Below are positions 51,858 through 60,879 of a stretch of DNA of 64,000 nt, one piece after another. Each line of letters starts with the position of its first letter. Positions within the stretch are counted from its first letter, which is position 1. The DNA lies in assembly GCA_015059185.1 (NCBI GenBank), contig SVAY01000005.1, forward strand, positions 2,093 through 66,092, given 5' to 3'. The stretch is from Erysipelotrichaceae bacterium (GTDB lineage: Bacteria > Bacillota_I > Bacilli_A > RFN20 > CAG-826). Below the pieces are notes generated by a model that searched no databases, was not told the origin of the DNA, and was given only the letters and a program-made list of their open reading frames with translations. A program made the translations under genes and the position numbers.

Positions 51858-51934
51858 GTTAGTGATGACTAACATTTATATTGACATATTTTCATTATAA
51901 TATTTATAATAGTTATCGGTTAGTTATGACTAAC
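51858..51934 (+). promoter_or_regulatory. feo promoter flanked by two DtxR/MntR-like boxes
   Basis: GTTAGTGATGACTAAC (51858) and GTTAGTTATGACTAAC (51919) flank TTGACA-N18-TATAAT. Confidence 0.75.
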
Positions 51935-51955
51935 TTAGAATAGAGGATCATCGGT

Positions 51956-52168
51956 ATGCCAATCGTTTTAGCACCTCACAATGTGGATCTCACCATCATG
52001 CGTGTAGGAACAGATCAAAAAACCAAAAAGCACTTACAATCTTTAGGCGTTATGCCAAATAGTGTGATTAAGATTATTGCCAGTGCTTATGGCAATGTCA
52101 TTATTGAAGTTAAAGGGGTCAGACTTGCAATGAATAAAGAAGTTGCAACGAAGATTTTTGTCGCGTAA
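51956..52168 (+). CDS. feoA: Ferrous iron transport protein A
   Basis: HLQSLGV, VKGVRLAM....A.KI; upstream of feoB. Confidence 0.92.
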   Translation: MPIVLAPHNVDLTIMRVGTDQKTKKHLQSLGVMPNSVIKIIASAYGNVIIEVKGVRLAMNKEVATKIFVA

Positions 52169-52179
52169 GGAGAGGTTAT

Positions 52180-54390
52180 ATGGAAAACAAAATTACAGCA
52201 GCCTTACTTGGCAATCCTAACTCAGGAAAAACAACATTATTTAATAGCCTCACCGGACTTACCGCGCACGTCGGTAACTGGCCAGGTGTCACTGTTGATA
52301 AAAAGGAAGGTGTATATAAGAAGCTTGATACACCAATTCACTTAATTGACCTTCCAGGTATATATTCTTTATCACCATATACCCCAGAAGAAATCGTTTC
52401 TCGTAACTATATCTTAGATGAGAAACCAGATGTCGTCATTAACGTTATCGATGCGACCAACTTAGAAAGAAACTTATATCTCACTACTCAATTATTAGAG
52501 ATTAATGTTCCTGTCGTGCTTGCACTAAACATGACCGACTTAATCATCAAAAACGGTGATAAATTAGATGCGAAAACATTAAGTAAAAGATTAGGTGTTC
52601 CAGTTGTAGAAATCTCTGCCTTAAAGAGCACTGGCTTAGACGAATTAATGGAAGCGGCCTTAAAAGCCAGTAAACAAACTAGACAAGGTTACACCGTGAT
52701 TGAAGAAAGTGATATTCTTCACCTCATCCACGACGTCCAAATCGCCTTTAAAGGTAAAGGGGTTGATAATCCCCTATTCCACGCAATTAAACTTGTAGAA
52801 CTCGATAAAATCGAAGTTGAAATGCATCCTGACCTCGTAAATATGGTCGAAGAATTTAAAAAGACCTTTAAGGATGATACATTCCAAGATGATTTTGAAG
52901 CGATTGTCGCTGATAAACGTTATAGTTATATTTCTAAAAACTATTCTAATGTCTTAATCAAGGAAGAAAAGACTAATAAAGTATTAAGTAAGTCTGACAA
53001 GATTGATAGAGTGATGACTCATAAAATTTGGGCGATCCCACTATTCATTGTCATCATGTTCTTTGTCTTCCATTTAACATTTGCAGAAGACTTGTTCTTC
53101 CTTAATAGATTATTCCATGTGGAGTTCACTAACGAAGTATTCATCAACATCTGTACTGGTATGGGATATGATGGTGAGCCTCTAGCAGGTCTACCTTCTC
53201 CTGGTATCTTCTTACAGAACTGGATGGGATTTTTAACCGGATCAGTTATTGACGGCTTTAGATCATTCATGCCAGAAGGAACATGGTATACATCCCTTGT
53301 ATGTGATGGCTTATTAACCGGTTTAGATGCGGTTCTTAGCTTCGTCCCTCAAGTAATGATATTATTCTTCTTTATCGCTGTCCTTGAAGATAGCGGTTAT
53401 ATGTCTAGAGTTGCCTTTATCTTAGATAGAGTCTTCCGTAAGCTTGGCTTAAGCGGAAAAGCATTCATCCCAATGTTAACCGGATTTGGTTGTTCGGTTC
53501 CTGCCATTATGGCTTCTAGAACTATCGAAGATAGAAAAGAAAGAAATAAGATTATTAGATTAATGACTTGCTTCTCTTGTGGTGCAAAAGCTCCTATCTG
53601 GGCATTAATTGCTGGCGTCGGTGCTTTAGCAGGATTTGCAGGAGACACATTCGTCTTCACCATTTATTTAGGTGGTATCTTAGCCGCGATCCTTTATGCC
53701 TTATTAATGAGGGTAATCTCTAAAGATGATTATGTGTCTCCATTCATTATGGAATTACCTCTCTATCATCGACCACAAATGAAAAATGTTGGTGCCTACG
53801 TGTGGGAAAAGTTTAAACACTATCTCACTAAAGCAGCCACTATCATCGCTGCATCCACTATTGTCATTTGGTTCTTAAGTAACTTTAACTGGAACTTATC
53901 ATTAGGCTTAGTGGATATTGAAGACTCAATCCTTGCTAGCTTAGGTAAAGGACTTGCCTACCTCTATTACCCACTTGGTTGGGCACAAGGAGATGATGGC
54001 TGGAAATATAGTGTCGCTGTCATCACTGGCTTAATTGCTAAGGAACAAGTTGTCGACTCTATGGCGGTCCTCGGACTTAATGAAGAAACTATTATGTTCA
54101 CTGCTTCTCAAGCTTACGCATTTGCCTTCTATAACCTATTTACCATTCCTTGCTTTGCGGCAGTTGGAGCAGCATTCGGTGAACAAAATAGAAAAGAATT
54201 TTGGATTACTCTTCTCTGGTGGTTCTTAATGAGCTACGCAGCAAGTGGAATCATCTTCGGAGTTGGTAGACTATTTGAAATAGCCTTATGGGCTGGCATT
54301 GTCTTAATGGCTGTTGTATTAGCTCTTATTGTTGCTGCTACAATCTATGTCATTAGACGACATAAGAAATACGTATTGGAGAATGAATAA
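52180..54390 (+). CDS. feoB: Ferrous iron transporter B
   Basis: GNPNSGKTT, GNWPGVT, DLPG, EDSGY, GFGCSVP, MELP. Confidence 0.97.
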   Translation: MENKITAALLGNPNSGKTTLFNSLTGLTAHVGNWPGVTVDKKEGVYKKLDTPIHLIDLPGIYSLSPYTPEEIVSRNYILDEKPDVVINVIDATNLERNLYLTTQLLEINVPVVLALNMTDLIIKNGDKLDAKTLSKRLGVPVVEISALKSTGLDELMEAALKASKQTRQGYTVIEESDILHLIHDVQIAFKGKGVDNPLFHAIKLVELDKIEVEMHPDLVNMVEEFKKTFKDDTFQDDFEAIVADKRYSYISKNYSNVLIKEEKTNKVLSKSDKIDRVMTHKIWAIPLFIVIMFFVFHLTFAEDLFFLNRLFHVEFTNEVFINICTGMGYDGEPLAGLPSPGIFLQNWMGFLTGSVIDGFRSFMPEGTWYTSLVCDGLLTGLDAVLSFVPQVMILFFFIAVLEDSGYMSRVAFILDRVFRKLGLSGKAFIPMLTGFGCSVPAIMASRTIEDRKERNKIIRLMTCFSCGAKAPIWALIAGVGALAGFAGDTFVFTIYLGGILAAILYALLMRVISKDDYVSPFIMELPLYHRPQMKNVGAYVWEKFKHYLTKAATIIAASTIVIWFLSNFNWNLSLGLVDIEDSILASLGKGLAYLYYPLGWAQGDDGWKYSVAVITGLIAKEQVVDSMAVLGLNEETIMFTASQAYAFAFYNLFTIPCFAAVGAAFGEQNRKEFWITLLWWFLMSYAASGIIFGVGRLFEIALWAGIVLMAVVLALIVAATIYVIRRHKKYVLENE

Positions 54391-54392
54391 TT

Positions 54393-54572
54393 ATGAGTTG
54401 GTTTGAACCACTAATTATTATTGGAGTCGTTGCATTCGTAGTGACCGTGTTCTCTATCCATATCTACCGTAAGAAGAAAGGCAAATCATCTTGCTCATGT
54501 GGATGTCAATGTGGAAGCACTAAATGCCCAGCATGTGCGATGATGAAAGAAACTGAAATCAATAAGAAATAA
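54393..54572 (+). CDS. FeoB-associated Cys-rich membrane protein (59 aa, absent from the ORF track)
   Basis: Own translation: MSWFEPLIIIGVVAFVVTVFSIHIYRKKKGKSSCSCGCQCGSTKCPACAMMKETEINKK. Confidence 0.88.
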   Translation: MSWFEPLIIIGVVAFVVTVFSIHIYRKKKGKSSCSCGCQCGSTKCPACAMMKETEINKK

Positions 54573-54579
54573 ACATAGT

Positions 54580-54613
54580 AAAAGGCGCTTAGTTCAAACC
54601 TAGCGCCTTTTTT
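54580..54613. terminator. Bidirectional intrinsic terminator
   Basis: AAAAGGCGCT-loop-AGCGCCTTTTTT. Confidence 0.85.
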
Positions 54614-54622
54614 GCTGACAAA

Positions 54623-54814
54623 TTAATCATCCTTATCAAGTGTTTTCTTGATAGCTTCCTTGATATCCTCTTCTGTCAACCAACCTTTCTCATCGCTTTC
54701 TTTTTCGATCTTTTTGAGTTCTTCGATTAAATCATTAGAGAATGCGATTTTTTCGAAATCAACAATCGTTGGATCGTCAATATCGAATAGTACATATATA
54801 TCTTTCATAATCAA
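54623..54814 (-). CDS. Small acidic protein resembling the C-terminal half of Phd-type antitoxins
   Basis: YVLFDID...EELKKIEKE...GWLTEEDI; ATGA-coupled to the upstream gene. Confidence 0.5.
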   Translation of the reverse strand: MIMKDIYVLFDIDDPTIVDFEKIAFSNDLIEELKKIEKESDEKGWLTEEDIKEAIKKTLDKDD

Positions 54815-55122
54815 CTCCTTAAAATGGCAAATTTTGCAGTTTCTAAATCAATATCACCGTTAGCATATAATTGAATAATTTTTTTAGCTTTTTGAGAAGG
54901 CTCTCTTCCGTCAACAGAATTGATTAGATAAGCAAGCTGTTCAGCATCATTAACTTCTTTTTTCTCACTATCAAGTTTGAAAGGCATTCCTTTTTTTAAA
55001 ACTACTTGTCTTAAAAATAAGTCAACAGCTTGGCTAAGCGTTATACCAATAGTATTTAATATCTTATCTGACTCATGTTTTATATCAGATTGAACTCTTG
55101 CATGTATTACTTCACTTTTCAT
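54811..55122 (-). CDS. RelB/DinJ-type antitoxin with a VbhA-like C-terminus
   Basis: IHARV...K...IL..IG..LSQAV.LFL.QV....GMPF plus INSVDG.EPS......LYANGDID; GGAG RBS before 55122. Confidence 0.75.
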   Translation of the reverse strand: MKSEVIHARVQSDIKHESDKILNTIGITLSQAVDLFLRQVVLKKGMPFKLDSEKKEVNDAEQLAYLINSVDGREPSQKAKKIIQLYANGDIDLETAKFAILRS

Positions 55123-55140
55123 ATCTATCTCCGTAATTAT

Positions 55141-55160
55141 TGTAACACAATTGTGATACA
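55141..55160 (-). promoter_or_regulatory. Palindromic operator upstream of the RelB-like gene
   Basis: TGTAACACAATTGTGATACA, a near-perfect 20-bp palindrome. Confidence 0.6.
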
Positions 55161-55176
55161 TAATAAATAACAAAAT

Positions 55177-55200
55177 AAAAAAAGAGTCTCATAGAGACTC
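55177..55200 (-). terminator. Intrinsic terminator of the MFS-GDPD operon
   Basis: GAGTCTC-loop-GAGACTC plus U7 on the minus strand. Confidence 0.85.
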
Positions 55201-55219
55201 AATAATTTATCGTAAATAA

Positions 55220-55912
55220 TTAAGCGTTTTGATCAAAGACGTTAGAAGTGACATAATCCACTCCCATCGTTTCGACTTTTCTAAGGACATCAATATCATC
55301 AACAGTCCAAACATTAACTTTTAGATGATGTTTATGCATCTTTTTAATCATCTTATCTGTTAGTTTTTCATAATCGATATCTATATCCATTTTCTTCCAT
55401 ACAGATGTATGAACGAACTCCGTATGTTTTTGGATTAATTGTTGAATGTGGATACGCTTCTTAAACATTCTTCTAAGCTTCCACATTGGCCAAGGATAGA
55501 AGCCAATAAAGGTAACATTCTCAAAACCCATATATTTATCAACATATTTTCCTAATTCTTTTAAATCTTTCTTCTTAGGAGAATTTTTGATTTCAATAAT
55601 AGGACGTTTCCCACTATCCTTACATATCTTTAGATAATCAGTGAATAAACAGACTGTTGCATTCTCATGTCCTTGATTGTTATCAAGAGGGAGATGCATT
55701 AATTCATCTAGAGTATGTTCGGTAATGATATAAGATTTACCACCGCTTATCACATCATCATTATGATGGGTGACCCAGACACCATCTTTAGTGAGATGGA
55801 TATCGGTCTCAATCCCATAAAAATTACCCTTAGAAGCCTCGATAAAAGCTTCCTTAGTATTTTCATAATACTTCACGTGATAACCGCGGTGAGCGATTGC
55901 TAATGGTTTCAT
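55220..55912 (-). CDS. Glycerophosphodiester phosphodiesterase
   Basis: AHRG, ENT, IETDIHLTKDG...HH, IEIK, VWTVD, GVD.V.S. Confidence 0.92.
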   Translation of the reverse strand: MKPLAIAHRGYHVKYYENTKEAFIEASKGNFYGIETDIHLTKDGVWVTHHNDDVISGGKSYIITEHTLDELMHLPLDNNQGHENATVCLFTDYLKICKDSGKRPIIEIKNSPKKKDLKELGKYVDKYMGFENVTFIGFYPWPMWKLRRMFKKRIHIQQLIQKHTEFVHTSVWKKMDIDIDYEKLTDKMIKKMHKHHLKVNVWTVDDIDVLRKVETMGVDYVTSNVFDQNA

Positions 55913-57453
55913 TAATCTTCTTCTCCTAAAGCCTCTAATCCATGAGCGTTCTTGGCTCTATCATTTCTTTTAGGAGCTTTAACAAAGAAGAACACAAGGC
56001 CTGCTACTGCCATCAAGGAAGCAGAATAGATTGGCATTGCTCTCCAAGTGGTGTATTGGAAGATAAATCCAATAACAATTGGAGTAAGGGATTGAGCTAA
56101 CATACTAGCGGTATAGTATAAAGAAGTAAATCTACCTAACTTATCACTAGTACAGTAGTCAGTAACAAGTGGGAAAGAACAAATATGAATTAAGCTAGAT
56201 CCTAAACCAATAGTTGGTAAGAGGATAAAGAAGATCCAAGGTAAGTTAGCAGTAAAGACGTGCTCAGGATCTCCATAAGGAACTTTCACTTGTGGAATGA
56301 AGGCATAGGCTAAATAACATAAAGCCACAACGCAAATACCAATAAAGATGGTCCATTTTCTACCAATCTTATCAGCAATGATACCAGCAATTAAGAAACC
56401 GATAACACTAGCGGCGCCACTAATAACAGTCATCACTGCGCCACCAGCACTAGATGTATTAAGCCAGAACATCACATAGTTAGTTTGGAATGTCTCAACA
56501 GCGTTAAGTGACATAAACCAAAATACTTCCGCCACCAAGATGAGAATTAAGTTTCTCATATTGCTCTTAGATAATTTTGTATTTTCAGTGACTGCTTCAG
56601 CAGATTCGCCTAAAGCGTCGCCACGACGAATCTCTTCATCGAGTTCGGCATGTAATTTATTTTCTCTCACTTTAAAAAGTAATAATCCTAACGATAAAAG
56701 GAGAACGACACTACAAACGATGAATGGGATTTCAAGCATCCATAATGATCTATTTGTACCATCGATATATTTAGTAACTGGAATAATGATTGCGAATATT
56801 GAACCAACCGCACCGCCAACATAACCAACAACATTGATTAAGCCGTTCGCCTTACTGCGTAATGGTTTAGGTGTTAAGTCAGGCATTAAAGCAACAGCAG
56901 GTGAACGATAGCTCATCATGAAGATGATAATAACGACCATCGAACAAATCATACCAACGATTGAACCTATTAATGCGGCATCAACACCACCCATACCGGT
57001 ATTGAAACATAATGGGATGAATGGTAAGGCGATAGCAGTTACTACACTACCAATGATGATATAAGGCATTCTTTTACCTAATTTAGATTTGGTCTTATCA
57101 CTTAAGTGACCAAATATAGGCATAATGAATAAGGCAGCAATATTATCAAGAGCCATGATGATACCAACTTTCCATTGAATCTGGAGATACATTTGTTCAG
57201 TGATATAACCATGCGCTAATAAATACTTCATATCAACAACGACACCAGCAGCAGCTTCCGCTTGAGCAGTAGCGATGACAGAAGCATAATCGCTTCGAGC
57301 AAACATAAAGGATAACATTGGGGCACAATAAGAGTTATAAAGTTGCCACACAAGTAAAATCCCAAAGAAAGCTAAGCCAATCCAAACCGTCCTTCTTCGA
57401 TAAGCTTTATCAAACTTAAAGGAAGGGGCTTGTAAAACATTCTCATTTTCCAT
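55912..57453 (-). CDS. MFS transporter (GPH/SLC45-like)
   Basis: GHLSDKT.SKLGKRMPYI, RSPAVALMPD.TP...RS.ANG, ADKIGRK; about 12 TMs. Confidence 0.88.
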   Translation of the reverse strand: MENENVLQAPSFKFDKAYRRRTVWIGLAFFGILLVWQLYNSYCAPMLSFMFARSDYASVIATAQAEAAAGVVVDMKYLLAHGYITEQMYLQIQWKVGIIMALDNIAALFIMPIFGHLSDKTKSKLGKRMPYIIIGSVVTAIALPFIPLCFNTGMGGVDAALIGSIVGMICSMVVIIIFMMSYRSPAVALMPDLTPKPLRSKANGLINVVGYVGGAVGSIFAIIIPVTKYIDGTNRSLWMLEIPFIVCSVVLLLSLGLLLFKVRENKLHAELDEEIRRGDALGESAEAVTENTKLSKSNMRNLILILVAEVFWFMSLNAVETFQTNYVMFWLNTSSAGGAVMTVISGAASVIGFLIAGIIADKIGRKWTIFIGICVVALCYLAYAFIPQVKVPYGDPEHVFTANLPWIFFILLPTIGLGSSLIHICSFPLVTDYCTSDKLGRFTSLYYTASMLAQSLTPIVIGFIFQYTTWRAMPIYSASLMAVAGLVFFFVKAPKRNDRAKNAHGLEALGEED

Positions 57454-57552
57454 TTAATAAGACCTCTACTTATATTTATCTATTACCCTTAAGGTAAACC
57501 TTTATGGAATAATTTTCAATCTTGAAAGAAGGTTTACTATGTAAAAATTAAA

Positions 57553-57822
57553 CTAATTCTTCAAACTTGATAATAATAATTCTCTAGACTCAGCTATTGA
57601 ATAGTTTTTACCTCCGTTAAGTCTAGATATATATGATTCTAATACTAATTGTTGTATCTCTAATTCTTGCTCTTTTTCCTTAAAATAATTAATGTCCACT
57701 GCTACAAGTTCAATCTTGCCATCATTATTAATATAAACTGGTTCACCGCATTCTTTACATTTTCTAATTAGTTCTTCAAACTTTGAATCTATGTCGTTTA
57801 CCATCATTATGTTCATAAGCAA
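57553..57822 (-). CDS. Phd/YefM-like antitoxin, no toxin partner
   Basis: NI....DI...F.E....C...GEPVYI...G..ELV.VDI..F. Confidence 0.7.
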   Translation of the reverse strand: MLMNIMMVNDIDSKFEELIRKCKECGEPVYINNDGKIELVAVDINYFKEKEQELEIQQLVLESYISRLNGGKNYSIAESRELLLSSLKN

Positions 57823-57900
57823 TTATCCTCAGTGATATTATAACAAACATTTAATAAATGATTTAAATTTTGAAGTTATCTATTATAAGATAAGTGAGAT

Positions 57901-58539
57901 ATGAGTGCGACTAAGAAAAGAGGTCTAAACATTATTAGGAATAAGCACATCGCTTATTATCTAGCGATTATTCTTATCCTTATCTCTTTAATGATACAAG
58001 TCGTTGAATTTATCGCAGTAAGCATGTTAGATAGGTTCTTACTTGAGAACTTATTCGCTTTCTTATTCGAAATTGTCACTAATGGATTCTTAATCTATGC
58101 CCTTATTACTAAGAATAACGCTTTAATTGAGGTATCCTTAGTTGTTCTTAAGGTGTTTGAAGGAACATATTATCCACTTCGAAGCTTCCAAAGGCTAGAT
58201 ACCTTAATATATGGAGGAGGAAGCAACTTCTATATTGTTTCTCATATCTTATTCGCTTCCGCTGCCTTCTCGCTTTTATTAGCTCTTATATTCTTCTGTA
58301 TATATAAATATAAAGATACTGTTAAACACTGGAGTGCGATGAAAATCGCCATTCTAGTAGCGGCTTTCTTTATGCTTTTAATCGTTATTATCTATATCAT
58401 TGCCTTTATTGTAATTGAAGCCATGACTTGGACTGAAATACTAGAACCAATTTCTTTAGTCTTCCTATTCGTAGGTATGTTTATGGCTAGTGAATACGTG
58501 GAAGAGGAAACGATCTATGAAGAAGCTCATACTGCTTGA
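57901..58539 (+). CDS. Hypothetical multi-pass membrane protein
   Basis: About six hydrophobic helices; overlaps the downstream HAD gene. Confidence 0.7.
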   Translation: MSATKKRGLNIIRNKHIAYYLAIILILISLMIQVVEFIAVSMLDRFLLENLFAFLFEIVTNGFLIYALITKNNALIEVSLVVLKVFEGTYYPLRSFQRLDTLIYGGGSNFYIVSHILFASAAFSLLLALIFFCIYKYKDTVKHWSAMKIAILVAAFFMLLIVIIYIIAFIVIEAMTWTEILEPISLVFLFVGMFMASEYVEEETIYEEAHTA

Positions 58540-59308
58540 TATGGATGGCACCATCTATTTAGGAAACCAACTCTTTGATGGAGTGAAAGAGTGTTTTGAT
58601 TATTTTAAAAAACACGATATCAAGTTTGTCTTTATCACGAATAACTCATCTCATGATTTAGAGTTCTATATCTCTAAAGTGAATAACATGGGTATTAAAT
58701 GTAATGAAGAGAACTTTTATTCTTCTATTGAAGTCACTTTAGAATATCTAACGAAAAGAAACGCAAAGAAAATCTATGTACTTGGTAACGAATGCTTAAA
58801 GAAGAAATTAAGAAATAAGTTTGAATTAGTCTCTACATATAGTAAAGATATTAAGCTTGATGCAGTTGTCTGTGGCTTTAATACCGAACTTGTATATGAA
58901 GACTTAAAGAACGCTTGTTTATATCTAGAAACTCAAGACGTCGAATTTGTCGCCACCAACGGTGACTACCGCTGCCCTATTGAAGATGGATTATATATCC
59001 CTGACTGCGGAGGGATGATTGAATGGATGAGGCTATGCACTAATAAGACTGCCAAAGTCTTAGGTAAGCCAGATCCAGAAATCATCAACCAATTAGTAAA
59101 TAAATATCAGGTAAATAAAGACGAAGTATTATGTATCGGAGATAGACTATATACCGACATTAAAGTGGCAGTAAATGCGGGAGTTGATTCAGTCTGTGTA
59201 TTAAGTGGAGAATCAACCTTAGAAGATATTAAGGCCTATGAAGCTAAACCAACATATATCTTAGATTCAATTAAAGATTTACCTGAACTATTAGAAAAGA
59301 TTAATTAG
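58517..59308 (+). CDS. HAD-IIA family phosphatase (NagD-like)
   Basis: DMDGT, TNNS, TNGD, PDCG, GKP, IGDRLYTD. Confidence 0.92.
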   Translation: MKKLILLDMDGTIYLGNQLFDGVKECFDYFKKHDIKFVFITNNSSHDLEFYISKVNNMGIKCNEENFYSSIEVTLEYLTKRNAKKIYVLGNECLKKKLRNKFELVSTYSKDIKLDAVVCGFNTELVYEDLKNACLYLETQDVEFVATNGDYRCPIEDGLYIPDCGGMIEWMRLCTNKTAKVLGKPDPEIINQLVNKYQVNKDEVLCIGDRLYTDIKVAVNAGVDSVCVLSGESTLEDIKAYEAKPTYILDSIKDLPELLEKIN

Positions 59309-60681
59309 AGCTTTGATTCTTTTATATCTTTTATAGCCATGAAAGCCTGATATAAAGGAACTGTTAATATCTTATTTACTTCATCGTAACCATAATTATT
59401 TTGAGAAAATTTAATAGCTAAATCGCATTTGTTATTTTCTTTATATTTTTTTAGTGACTTTAGTACACCTGTACTTTTTTTAACATCGATTGGAATTATT
59501 CTATTATTGCATTCAACAAGAAATTCAAATTCATAATCGTCTTTCCCCTTCCAGAAAAAGAGTGGGATACCATTAGCCTTTAATTCTGAAGCAATATAAT
59601 TTTCAAACAATAGTCCAGACAATGTGTTTTTAGCATTACTGTCAATAAAATTTGCCATATTAATTTTTGATTGATATGTAAATAAGCCGTTATCAAATAG
59701 ATATAAACGGTAATTATAATCATTCTCTTCTTTTAAAGGATAACTCACTACTAGTTTTACTTGTTTAGATTCATAAACAATATTTGCTAAGTTTAACCAA
59801 TCTAATGGGCTTCTAATGTCTCTCGTTTTCAAGTTCTTTCCTACCAAGGAGCTTTTAAAGTTTTTTTGATCTTTATCTAATTGAGTATAGATACTGTCAA
59901 ATATAATCTTACTTCTTACAATAGACTCTTTACTGGCTTGATATAAATCCATATCACTTAAATAATCTTCAAATAGATTTATGTTGTTTCTTCTTGCTTC
60001 TAATAAATCATGATTTTTTAAATACATAGAAACAGATTCAGGCATGCCCCCCACTAAAAGATAGGTGTATAGTGCATCCATCGCCATTTGATGTAAAGAA
60101 TCATCTAATATTTTTTTATTTAAATATGCTTCTCTAACTTTAATATATAAAGCATTATTATAGTTCAATAAAAATTCTTCAAAAGTTAACGGGTATATTG
60201 TGATTTTGCTATATCCACCGACCGGGAAAAAGAAAGACTCGTCCTTATGTTTTCTATCATTTTGCTGTTCTCTTTTGATTTTGATTCTCACCATTGAACC
60301 AGATATCATAACAGGTATCCTAGGGAAATCTTGTTTAAAGTATTTTAAGGCGGTTATTATTGGCAAACATTCCTGTGCCTCGTCAAATATAATTAATGTT
60401 GATTCATCGATTCTTTTCATAGCTCTTAAGGAGAGATATTCAATAATTGTTTTAGCGTCAACAATAGATGATTTATCTTTACCTCCATATAATATGAAAT
60501 CGCGAAATTCGTTATCTTTTTTAAGATCGATATAAATATAATTATTTTTGTAATAATTCTCTGCAAAAATATCTTTCATAAGATATGACTTACCCACTTG
60601 CCTAGCCCCATAAATCATGAGTGGCTTTCTATTGATAGAATTATTCCAATTAATCAATTCTTGTAACGCTAGTCGATCCAT
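59305..60681 (-). CDS. AAA_14 ATPase with DUF4143 domain
   Basis: GARQVGKS, IIFDEAQ, SGS, PLTFEEFL, GGMPE, D.GL, FENY, C-terminal nuclease-like motif. Confidence 0.9.
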   Translation of the reverse strand: MDRLALQELINWNNSINRKPLMIYGARQVGKSYLMKDIFAENYYKNNYIYIDLKKDNEFRDFILYGGKDKSSIVDAKTIIEYLSLRAMKRIDESTLIIFDEAQECLPIITALKYFKQDFPRIPVMISGSMVRIKIKREQQNDRKHKDESFFFPVGGYSKITIYPLTFEEFLLNYNNALYIKVREAYLNKKILDDSLHQMAMDALYTYLLVGGMPESVSMYLKNHDLLEARRNNINLFEDYLSDMDLYQASKESIVRSKIIFDSIYTQLDKDQKNFKSSLVGKNLKTRDIRSPLDWLNLANIVYESKQVKLVVSYPLKEENDYNYRLYLFDNGLFTYQSKINMANFIDSNAKNTLSGLLFENYIASELKANGIPLFFWKGKDDYEFEFLVECNNRIIPIDVKKSTGVLKSLKKYKENNKCDLAIKFSQNNYGYDEVNKILTVPLYQAFMAIKDIKESKL

Positions 60682-60714
60682 AATATTTACCTTAATTACA
60701 TAGTATCATTTTTC

Positions 60715-60794
60715 CTAAAATGTGCAATTTAAACCTTCAAAAAATGGCTAAAATGTGCAATTTAAGCATCTGAAAAATGGCTAAAATGTGCAAT
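60715..60794. repeat. Three direct repeats with 33-bp period
   Basis: CTAAAATGTGCAAT at 60715, 60748 and 60781; unit is CTAAAATGTGCAATTTAA-N7-AAAAATGG. Confidence 0.95.
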
Positions 60795-60836
60795 CCAATA
60801 TTTTTAATTACAAAGTAATTAACTTTTAGCCACATT

Positions 60837-60860
60837 AAAAGGCCACCATAAGGCGGCCTT
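60837..60860 (-). terminator. Intrinsic terminator after lemA
   Basis: AAGGCC/GGCCTT stem with a U-tract on the minus strand. Confidence 0.7.
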
Positions 60861-60879
60861 CATAATCCTTTGAACTAGA

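Noticed and set aside
48245-55173. Integrated mobile element around the metal-homeostasis genes
   Set aside because: No integrase, transposase, att repeats or tRNA target seen
60715-60794. CRISPR array
   Set aside because: Variable segments are only 7 nt, there are only three copies, and no cas genes are present
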